A DNA stretch of 64,000 nucleotides from an uncultured Planctomycetales bacterium (GTDB lineage: Bacteria; Omnitrophota; Gorgyraeia; Zapsychrales; Fredricksoniimonadaceae), in contig CAZASA010000002.1 in the NCBI GenBank assembly GCA_964487685.1, positions 3,611 through 67,610 of the forward strand, given 5' to 3'. Positions 1 through 7,635 of the stretch are shown piece after piece. Every line of letters starts with the position of its first letter. Position 1 is the first letter of the stretch. Both the position numbers and the translations under genes were made by a program. The notes under the pieces were generated by a model, which saw only the letters and a list, made by a program, of their open reading frames with translations, was not told the DNA's origin and ran no database searches.

Positions 1-27
1 TTCACGATTTCGAGAAGGTAGGGAATC

Positions 28-2940
28 TTGATTTGGCGTATTGAAGTCAAGCAAAAGGACGGGTTCCTTGACCCGCAAGGGAAGGCCATTGCCAAAGATA
101 TCACCGATCTTGGTTTTGAGGTCTCCCTGGTGCAAGTAGTTGCGGTCTATCTGCTGGAAGGTGATATCAGTCGCGAAGAGATCAAGCGTATCGGCGACGA
201 ACTTCTTATTGACCCCATCGTTGAAGAGTACAGTTTTGATCTGAAACTCCCCCTGCAGTCATCAACGCATCATGTCATCGAGATCGCTTATAATCCGGGC
301 GTCATGGACCCGGTGGAAGCTTCCACGATCAAGGGCATCCGTGACATGGCAATCACAGGGATCACGGCCGTACGTACTGCCCGGCAATATCATATCCACG
401 GTAAATTTACCTCCCAACAATTAGATGCAATCACCAGCCGTGCCTTGATGAACAAGCTCATCCAGCACGTGGTCCGTGACCCGTCCCAAGTCCCAACGAC
501 ATTAGGGATCACGGCGCCATCGGCTTCAAAATTTGATGTGCTTATCGTGGACCTTTTAGGGGCCAACAATAAAAAGCTCATGGATATTTCCAAAAAAGGC
601 CAGTTGTATCTGAATTTGGATGAAATGAAGGCGGTCCAGGCCCATTTCAAAAAGGAAGGCCGCAATCCGACGGACGTGGAGCTGGAGACCATTGCGCAGA
701 CCTGGAGCGAGCATTGCCGGCATAAGACCTTCCGCGGTATTATCCGTTACCGTGAAGGCAAAAACGCGAAACCTAAGATCATCCGCAGCCTTTTTAAGAC
801 AACCATTGCCGCGGCCACCTTGAAATTAAATAAAAAATGGTGCGTCTCCGTCTTTCATGATAATGCCGGGATCATTGATTTTGACAAGGAATACAATGTC
901 TGTTTTAAAGTCGAGACCCATAATCACCCATCAGCCCTGGAGCCCTTTGGCGGGGCCAATACGGGAGTGGGTGGCGTTATCAGGGACACTTTAGGGACTG
1001 GCCTTGCGGCCAAACCTTTATGTAATACCGACGTATTTTGTTTTGCCCCACCCGATACACCGGCCTCATCCTTGCCGTCAGGCACCTTGCATCCCAAACG
1101 GGTGATGAAGGGGGTCGTTGCCGGCGTGCGTGATTATGGCAATAAAATGGGGATACCTACGGTCAATGGTGCTATCGTTTTTGATGAACATTTTGCCGGT
1201 AATCCGTTGGTCTTTTGTGGCAATATTGGGCTTATCCCTAAGGGGAAGGAAACCAAGCGTGTCAATAAGGGAGACCTGATCGTTGCGGTCGGCGGCCGCA
1301 CGGGCAGGGACGGTATCCATGGCGCCACCTTTTCTTCCGGTGAGCTGACCGGTGAATCAGAGACAGTTTCTTCCGGTGCGGTACAGATCGGTAACCCTAT
1401 CGAAGAAAAAAAAGTACAGGACGCCCTTCTTAAAGCACGCGATGCTAATTTATATTCCGGGATCACGGATTGCGGGGCCGGCGGATTTTCTTCTGCCGTC
1501 GGTGAAATGGGCGAAAAGACCGGGGCCCGTGTCGATTTAGATAAAGCACCGTTAAAGTATCAAGGACTTAAATACCATGAGATCTGGATCTCTGAATCCC
1601 AGGAGCGTATGGTCATGTCCGTGGCCCCTCAAAAGATAGACGCTTTATTAAAAGTTTTTGCGGACGAGAATGTTGAGGCCTGCGTGTTAGGCGAATTCGA
1701 CGGCTCCGGCCGCCTGCAATTATTTTTCCATGGTCAACAAGTCGCTGATCTGGAGATGGCCTTTATTCACGACGGTTTGCCTAAGATAATCAAGGAAGCC
1801 GTCTATCATAAGCCTGTTTTAAAAAAAGAGAAATTACCTTCTTTTAATATGTCATTCCCGCGAAAGCGGGAATCTTGTCTGACAGAAAGTTTATGCGCGG
1901 CTTTAAGCCATTATAATGTGGCCTCTAAAGAAAGCATTATTCGTATCTATGACCATGAAGTGCAGGGAACCAGTGTCATCAAGCCTATGGTCGGGATCGA
2001 TTGCGACGGGCCTTCGGATGCCGCGGTACTCCGTGGCCGGTTGGATTCTTCCCGCGGGATCGCGGTTTCCAACGGCATCAATGTCCGTTTCGGGATGATC
2101 GATCCATTGGGTATGGCCGCTTCCTGCATTGATGAGGCCATCCGCCAGATCATTGCTGTCGGAGGTTCTTTAGACCGTATCGCCCTGCTTGATAATTTTT
2201 GTTGGGGTAATCCTGATAAACCTGACCGGTTGGGTTCGCTGGTGCGCTGTGCCCAAGGCTGTTATAAAGCCGCCGTGGCATTCGGCACACCATTTATTTC
2301 CGGCAAGGACAGTTTATATAATGAATACACGCATCAAGGTAAAAGCCTTGCGATACCGGGCACTATTTTGATCTCTGCGATCGGCATCATTGATGATGTC
2401 ACCCGAAGCATCACCATGGATTTTAAAAAAGCAGGGAACAGTATTTATGTGATCGGCACCACTTTTGATGAGCTTGGCGGATCGATCTATCTGGAAAATT
2501 CAGGCCAACTGGGAAATTCTGCTCCCCAGGTAAATTTTAAGACGGCTTCCAAGATCTATCGTGCAGTTGAGAAAGCGGCCAAGGCGCGGGTGTTTGCCTC
2601 TTTGCATGATTGCTCCGAAGGGGGCGCGGCAGTGGCGCTGGCGGAGATGGCATTTGCCGGCGGCTTAGGGGCAACGGTTTTATTGAAGAATTTGCCTTTT
2701 AAGGGTAAACAACGGCGGGACGAGGTCTTGCTTTTTTCAGAAAGCAATTCACGTTTTATCGCTGAAGCAGCGCCTGGCCACGAAAAGTCACTGGCAAAGT
2801 TTTTAAAAGGTCTTCCTTTCGCGAAGATCGGGCAGGTAGAATCAAGTCCGGAGCTTGTTGTTTACGGGCTCAAGGATAAGCCGGTGATCAATGCCCGGAT
2901 CGATGAACTTAAAAGTATCTGGCAATCCCCGTTAAAGTAG
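28..2940 (+). CDS. purL: Phosphoribosylformylglycinamidine synthase subunit PurL with two N-terminal PurS-like domains
   Basis: Motifs WSEHCRHK, KVETHNHPS, DCGAGG, SESQERM, ISGKDS; N-terminal DPQG and DPVE PurS-like segments; TTG start after AGGGA. Confidence 0.95.
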   Translation: MIWRIEVKQKDGFLDPQGKAIAKDITDLGFEVSLVQVVAVYLLEGDISREEIKRIGDELLIDPIVEEYSFDLKLPLQSSTHHVIEIAYNPGVMDPVEASTIKGIRDMAITGITAVRTARQYHIHGKFTSQQLDAITSRALMNKLIQHVVRDPSQVPTTLGITAPSASKFDVLIVDLLGANNKKLMDISKKGQLYLNLDEMKAVQAHFKKEGRNPTDVELETIAQTWSEHCRHKTFRGIIRYREGKNAKPKIIRSLFKTTIAAATLKLNKKWCVSVFHDNAGIIDFDKEYNVCFKVETHNHPSALEPFGGANTGVGGVIRDTLGTGLAAKPLCNTDVFCFAPPDTPASSLPSGTLHPKRVMKGVVAGVRDYGNKMGIPTVNGAIVFDEHFAGNPLVFCGNIGLIPKGKETKRVNKGDLIVAVGGRTGRDGIHGATFSSGELTGESETVSSGAVQIGNPIEEKKVQDALLKARDANLYSGITDCGAGGFSSAVGEMGEKTGARVDLDKAPLKYQGLKYHEIWISESQERMVMSVAPQKIDALLKVFADENVEACVLGEFDGSGRLQLFFHGQQVADLEMAFIHDGLPKIIKEAVYHKPVLKKEKLPSFNMSFPRKRESCLTESLCAALSHYNVASKESIIRIYDHEVQGTSVIKPMVGIDCDGPSDAAVLRGRLDSSRGIAVSNGINVRFGMIDPLGMAASCIDEAIRQIIAVGGSLDRIALLDNFCWGNPDKPDRLGSLVRCAQGCYKAAVAFGTPFISGKDSLYNEYTHQGKSLAIPGTILISAIGIIDDVTRSITMDFKKAGNSIYVIGTTFDELGGSIYLENSGQLGNSAPQVNFKTASKIYRAVEKAAKARVFASLHDCSEGGAAVALAEMAFAGGLGATVLLKNLPFKGKQRRDEVLLFSESNSRFIAEAAPGHEKSLAKFLKGLPFAKIGQVESSPELVVYGLKDKPVINARIDELKSIWQSPLK
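1851..1874 (+). repeat. Palindromic REP-like repeat (family R1, GTCATTCCCGCGAAAGCGGGAATC) inserted in frame in purL
   Basis: Identical to the intergenic copies; translates as (M)SFPRKRES. Confidence 0.9.
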
Positions 2941-2947
2941 CATTAAT

Positions 2948-3002
2948 GTCATTCCCGCGAAAGGTCGGATTGACCGACACTCGCAGTTGCTCGCGGGAAT
3001 CC
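2948..3002 (+). repeat. R1 repeat interrupted by a 30-nt mini-element (2964-2993)
   Basis: GTCATTCCCGCGAAAG + 30-nt insert + CGGGAATCC. Confidence 0.88.
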
Positions 3003-3019
3003 ATAACAAAGGAAGAAAA

Positions 3020-3694
3020 ATGGTCAAAACAAGAAAATATTCAAAAGCCCCTGACCTGGAGATGATGGAAGACCCCTGGCGCATATTTCGCATCATGGCG
3101 GAATTTGTCGACGGGTTTGAAGAGCTCAAAGATATCGGTCCTGCGGTCAGCATCTTTGGTTCTTCCCGCATCCACAATGCGCATTCTTATTATTTCGCGG
3201 CGGAAAAAACAGCTGAGCTTTTGGTCAAAGCGGGTTACGCGGTCATCACAGGTGGCGGCCCCAGTATCATGGAAGCGGGCAATAAGGGTGCTTCCAAGGC
3301 AGGGGGACAATCCATCGGGCTTAATATCGACCTGCCCACCGAGCAAAAACCGAATGAGTACATCAATCATGAGATCAATTTCCATTATTTTTTCTGCCGT
3401 AAGGTCTGTTTTGTCAAATATGCCAAGGCCTTTGTGATCTTTCCCGGCGGCTTTGGGACCCTGGATGAACTTTCAGAAAGTATTACCTTGATCCAGACCA
3501 AGCGTATGGATAAATTCCCGGTCATTCTTTATGGGAGCAAATATTGGAATGGCCTTTTGGAGTGGTTTAAGAACACCGTGCTTCCGGAGAATTGTATTGA
3601 TGCCAAGGACCTGGATATTATTCAAACCGCGGATACCCCGCAAGAAGTCGTTTCGATCATCAAGAAATTTTATGCCAAGAAAAAGGGGAAATGA
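3020..3694 (+). CDS. LOG family (Rossmann-fold) nucleotide phosphoribohydrolase
   Basis: VSIFGSSR, TGGGPSIMEAGN, PGGFGTLDE motifs; ATG at 3020 preferred over the TTG inside the repeat. Confidence 0.9.
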   Translation: MVKTRKYSKAPDLEMMEDPWRIFRIMAEFVDGFEELKDIGPAVSIFGSSRIHNAHSYYFAAEKTAELLVKAGYAVITGGGPSIMEAGNKGASKAGGQSIGLNIDLPTEQKPNEYINHEINFHYFFCRKVCFVKYAKAFVIFPGGFGTLDELSESITLIQTKRMDKFPVILYGSKYWNGLLEWFKNTVLPENCIDAKDLDIIQTADTPQEVVSIIKKFYAKKKGK

Positions 3695-4500
3695 ACGTTA
3701 AAGTCATAGTCTTACGCACCGCCGGCACCAATTGCAATGAGGAAACCGCCTTTGCTTTTACCCGCAGCGGTGGATCGGTTGAGCAGGTGCATGTGAATGC
3801 TTTGATCGAAGGAACCAAGAAATTAGGCGACTATCATATTCTGGCGCTGCCCGGCGGATTTAGTTACGGGGATGATATTGCCTCGGGCCGTATATTGGCC
3901 AATGAATTGCGTCTGAAATTAGGGGAAGACCTCAAACAATTTATCCGTGATGGCAAATTGATCATCGGGATATGCAATGGGTTTCAGATCCTGGCTAAAG
4001 CTGGTATACTACCAGGGTTGGAATATGGATTGACCCCGGTTGAGAATCAGCGGGGCAAGCAAGAAGCTACATTGTTTTATAATGATTCTGCGAAATTCGA
4101 GGCGCGCTGGGTCCATTTGAAGACCGAAGGCCGCTCGGTTTGGACCAAGGATATCAAAAGTGTCATTTATTTGCCGGTGGCCCATGGCGAGGGAAAATTC
4201 ATTCCCAGGGACGCCAAGGTCATGGAAGCACTTGCCGCCAACGGACAGATCGTGTTCCGTTATTGCACCGAGGACCGCGGCAAGCCCGTGTATCCTGAGA
4301 ATCCCAATGGTTCCACCGATGATATCGCCGGCATCTGTGACACCACCGGAAGGGTGCTAGGCCTCATGCCCCATCCCGAACGCCATTTTTTATTCGAGCA
4401 ACACCCGTACTGGACACGACTTGCTAAAAAAACCGTATTCGGCGACGGCGCCAAAATATTCGAAAACGGCATCAATTACGTGAAAGAACATTTATTATAG
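3691..4500 (+). CDS. purQ: FGAM synthase glutaminase subunit PurQ
   Basis: GTNC, PGGFSYGD, GICNGFQ, AHGEG, NPNGS, MPHPER. Confidence 0.95.
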   Translation: MNVKVIVLRTAGTNCNEETAFAFTRSGGSVEQVHVNALIEGTKKLGDYHILALPGGFSYGDDIASGRILANELRLKLGEDLKQFIRDGKLIIGICNGFQILAKAGILPGLEYGLTPVENQRGKQEATLFYNDSAKFEARWVHLKTEGRSVWTKDIKSVIYLPVAHGEGKFIPRDAKVMEALAANGQIVFRYCTEDRGKPVYPENPNGSTDDIAGICDTTGRVLGLMPHPERHFLFEQHPYWTRLAKKTVFGDGAKIFENGINYVKEHLL

Positions 4501-4523
4501 TGTCATTACCATTAACTACTCAT

Positions 4524-4548
4524 GTCATTCCCGCGAAAGCGGGAATCC
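4524..4548 (+). repeat. R1 palindromic repeat, 4 nt upstream of the GIY-YIG start codon
   Basis: Exact GTCATTCCCGCGAAAGCGGGAATCC. Confidence 0.95.
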
Positions 4549-4552
4549 ATAA

Positions 4553-4840
4553 ATGGAATATTACGTATATATTTTAGCCAGCAAGAAACATGGAACTTTG
4601 TATATAGGCGTAACAAATGATTTGATTAAGAGGGTCTTTGAACACAAAAATGATTTAGTGGAGGGTTTTACCAAGAAATACAGTGTCCATCAATTAGTTT
4701 ATTTTGATCAAACAGGCGATGTCAATAGCGCCATTACCAGAGAAAAGCAAATCAAAAAATGGCGCAGGCAGTGGAAGATTGAGTTGATCGAAGAAAAGAA
4801 TCCTGATTGGGATGATTTATATTTGGATTTGGTGAAGTAA
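4553..4840 (+). CDS. Stand-alone GIY-YIG nuclease family protein (95 aa)
   Basis: YVYIL...LYIGVT, RVFEH, GFTKKY, AITREKQIKKW, NPDW. Confidence 0.93.
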   Translation: MEYYVYILASKKHGTLYIGVTNDLIKRVFEHKNDLVEGFTKKYSVHQLVYFDQTGDVNSAITREKQIKKWRRQWKIELIEEKNPDWDDLYLDLVK

Positions 4841-4894
4841 ATTATTTCTTTGTCTTTTTTTAAAAGGATACTGTCATTCCCGTTCCTTATTAAC

Positions 4895-4919
4895 GTCATT
4901 CCCGCGAAAGCGGGAATCC
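4895..4919 (+). repeat. R1 palindromic repeat downstream of GIY-YIG
   Basis: Exact copy. Confidence 0.95.
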
Positions 4920-4937
4920 AGAACACGTGGCATGGAC

Positions 4938-5079
4938 GGCTGACACCGATATATTTTTTCTGCTAAAATCTGACGTTCACGCTGGAAGCGTTGGTGCCAA
5001 TAAAGAGGTCACGCGAAGAGATTAGCCGAAAGCAACGTTGTCAGATTTTTATACGCAGAAAAAAATATCGGCATCAGCC
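4938..5079. repeat. ~142-bp imperfect inverted-repeat (MITE-like) element
   Basis: Left arm GGCTGACACCGATATATTTTTTCTGCTAAAATCTGAC pairs with right arm GTCAGATTTTTATACGCAGAAAAAAATATCGGCATCAGCC. Confidence 0.7.
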
Positions 5080-5128
5080 TGCTAATGGTCTATCATATTG
5101 TACAATGTCATTCTTTTAGAATTAATTA

Positions 5129-5153
5129 GTCATTCCCGCGAAAGCGGGAATCC
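5129..5153 (+). repeat. R1 palindromic repeat (left flank of AT-rich ORF)
   Basis: Exact copy. Confidence 0.95.
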
Positions 5154-5207
5154 AGTCATGTTTAGTAGATTTGTTTCAAAGGACCAAGATATCCGTTAGC
5201 AACGATA

Positions 5208-6251
5208 GTGTTATATTGGGAACTTAAAAAAGTAGCTATCCTTATGAAGAAAGTTTTCAGTAGGAACTATATGTTAAATATAATCCTGATGTACGGTATT
5301 CCGGTAGCATTTGTTATAGGGATTCTTTTTTTTATTTATTCTTCTTGGGGGACCCAACTATGTATTGAAATTTTAAGAGCATTGATTGGGGGGATATTTG
5401 CAGCTGCCTTAGTTTTTATGATTTCAATCTTATCTCCTATTAAAAAGATTGAAAATAAAACGGAGGTTTATTTATTGGCCCTTAAGAATATAGATCCAAA
5501 TCCAAATATATACTCTAACCATTTGATACCTTTAGAATTTTTGACTATAAGAAAGTTTGGTTTTACTTCGAATCCATTAGAGGCGGGTTACGTACATGTT
5601 TCTACTGAGAATGAGCAATTTATAAGAAGAAATCGTGAATTAAATATTCAAATCGGAAACGTTAAAGATTTAGAATATTTTTTAGAGTTAATGGAATGGT
5701 CTACGTTGACATGGATTAGAAATGTTTACGGAGAACACTGGCAAACAAAGGTATTTTGGTTTAATGGGATTTCAGGGGGTGGTGGAAAGTCTTATGTGCC
5801 TGCTGATTCGGATAAAGCAGAAAAGCTCGAAATTAATGCGTTCTTAAAAGATAATAGATTTTCCAATGGAGAGAAAAAATATATTTATTTGCCACCAAGA
5901 ACGAAGGCTAGGTATATAAAATTAAGTGATGGCCTCCACATTATAGAATTCAAGAATCGAAATACGACTTTTAGAATAAAATTTGAATTAGGGGTTTCCG
6001 AATCAATTAATGCAACGGATTTGGCCGAGAAGATTATTCAAAGATTTGGTAGAGGGTTAGGACAACAAATAGAAGTAACTTTTGAGATGGAACCAAATTT
6101 ATTTTTTCGTTGGACTACCAATACCGACAATCAAATACAATGGTTTAATGGATTAATGAATTCTTATAATGAATCTTTTTCTTGGTATATTTTAAAAGAC
6201 AAATTAAACCAGTCTTTAGAAGTAGATTCATTTTTGTCTGAAAAAAAATAA
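5208..6251 (+). CDS. Hypothetical AT-rich protein with two N-terminal hydrophobic helices
   Basis: 347-aa ORF, visibly lower GC than flanking pur genes; start uncertain (ATGs downstream of the GTG). Confidence 0.75.
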   Translation: MLYWELKKVAILMKKVFSRNYMLNIILMYGIPVAFVIGILFFIYSSWGTQLCIEILRALIGGIFAAALVFMISILSPIKKIENKTEVYLLALKNIDPNPNIYSNHLIPLEFLTIRKFGFTSNPLEAGYVHVSTENEQFIRRNRELNIQIGNVKDLEYFLELMEWSTLTWIRNVYGEHWQTKVFWFNGISGGGGKSYVPADSDKAEKLEINAFLKDNRFSNGEKKYIYLPPRTKARYIKLSDGLHIIEFKNRNTTFRIKFELGVSESINATDLAEKIIQRFGRGLGQQIEVTFEMEPNLFFRWTTNTDNQIQWFNGLMNSYNESFSWYILKDKLNQSLEVDSFLSEKK

Positions 6252-6354
6252 CCTGAAAGAATTCCTAGATAAATGTTCTTTTAATCGATACTTTGATTTT
6301 TTATAACATATCATCGGGTGGCCAAAGGCAGAATCCGATGATTTGCGTTAAAAT

Positions 6355-6379
6355 GGATTCCCGCTTTCGCGGGAATGAC
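6355..6379 (-). repeat. R1 palindromic repeat, inverted (right flank of AT-rich ORF)
   Basis: GGATTCCCGCTTTCGCGGGAATGAC is the exact reverse complement of R1. Confidence 0.95.
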
Positions 6380-6393
6380 AGGTGTAGATATTT

Positions 6394-7398
6394 ATGGCAC
6401 GGCAATTGACTTATAAAGAAGCAGGCGTGGATATCAGCAAGGCCAATCGGTTTGTGGAGGGCATTAAGAAAATGTCATCCTCAACGATCAATCGCGGTGT
6501 TGTCAACCGGCCGGGATCGTTCGGGGCTTTATTTGATTTGGGTTTTGCTAAATATAAGAATCCGGTCCTGGTTTCTTCCACCGATGGGGTGGGGACAAAA
6601 TTATTGGTCGCGAATTTGGCGGGCAAGCATGATAAGGTGGGTATTGATCTGGTTGCGATGAACGTCAATGATATCTTGTGCACCGGGGCCACGCCTTTGT
6701 TCTTTTTGGATTATATCGCCACCGGCAAACTTAACTCCAAGATCATGAACAGCGTGATGAAGGGCATAGTGGCAGGCTGCAGGATGTCCGGCTGCGCCCT
6801 GATCGGCGGTGAAACCGCGGAAATGCCGGATATGTATAAGGGTGAAGATTATGACCTGGCCGGGTTTACCGTCGGGGTTGTTGAGAAGAACGGTATTATC
6901 GACGGTTCAGGGATCAAAAGTGACGATGTGCTCATCGGCTTGTCATCTTCCGGCCTTCATTCCAACGGGTATTCGTTGGCCCGTAAGGCCTTAAGCATTA
7001 AAGAACAAAAGTTATACGCGCAGATCCTGCTTAAGCCGACCTGCATCTATGTTAAGCCGGTATTAGCCTTGCTTAAGGGTATAAAAGTCAAGGGCATGGC
7101 GCATATGACGGGCGGCGCCTGGTATGAAAAATTAACCAAGGTGCTGCCCAAGGGGTTATGTTTTGCCGTTAAAAAAGGGTCTTGGCCCATGCCAAGGATC
7201 TTTGAATTGATCCAGGACAAAGGACACATACCCGAGCACGAAATGTACCGTACCTTTAATATGGGCATTGGCTTTGCATTGGTAATTTCCCCTGAAAATG
7301 TCAACGGCGTGCAAAGCTTTTTACGCACACAAAAAGTTAAATCGTTTGTCATCGGCCAAGTGATACAGGATGCAAAGCATAAAGTAGTTTTTGAATGA
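6394..7398 (+). CDS. purM: Phosphoribosylformylglycinamidine cyclo-ligase (AIR synthetase)
   Basis: YKEAGVDI, TDGVGTK, GGETAEMP, SSGLHSNGYSL, TFNMGIG. Confidence 0.96.
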   Translation: MARQLTYKEAGVDISKANRFVEGIKKMSSSTINRGVVNRPGSFGALFDLGFAKYKNPVLVSSTDGVGTKLLVANLAGKHDKVGIDLVAMNVNDILCTGATPLFFLDYIATGKLNSKIMNSVMKGIVAGCRMSGCALIGGETAEMPDMYKGEDYDLAGFTVGVVEKNGIIDGSGIKSDDVLIGLSSSGLHSNGYSLARKALSIKEQKLYAQILLKPTCIYVKPVLALLKGIKVKGMAHMTGGAWYEKLTKVLPKGLCFAVKKGSWPMPRIFELIQDKGHIPEHEMYRTFNMGIGFALVISPENVNGVQSFLRTQKVKSFVIGQVIQDAKHKVVFE

Positions 7399-7427
7399 TA
7401 TTGGGCGGATGGCTCTGAGTATGAAAA

Positions 7428-7605
7428 CTGCGGCGGGTGGCGAGGAACGGCGTTCAGGAGCGCACGGCAAGGGTAGCCGGACCTATTTAGGGAAACCCCC
7501 TTTCAAGGCAGCTGAGCTAAACGATTCTGCTCGGTCGGATTAACCGACACTCGCAATTGCTCGCAGGAGCACCTGAATGACGCGACGAGCCAGGACCCGT
7601 TATAG
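7428..7605 (+). ncRNA. Structured intergenic element (family S, copy A); ncRNA or folded mobile repeat; carries the 30-nt mini-element at 7534-7563
   Basis: Long imperfect hairpin with G-U pairs on the + strand; homologous to 55238-55383(-) with compensatory changes. Confidence 0.55.
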
Positions 7606-7635
7606 CTAAATACGGAAATGACAATTGGAGTAAGA

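Noticed and set aside
4501-5153. R1 direct repeats as a CRISPR array
   Set aside because: Spacing is irregular (371 and 234 bp), one interval holds a gene, orientations are mixed and there are no cas genes
7399-7617. Purine/ZMP riboswitch, 6S RNA or RNase P between purM and purD
   Set aside because: No diagnostic motifs recognised; the homologous copy lies antisense between repair genes
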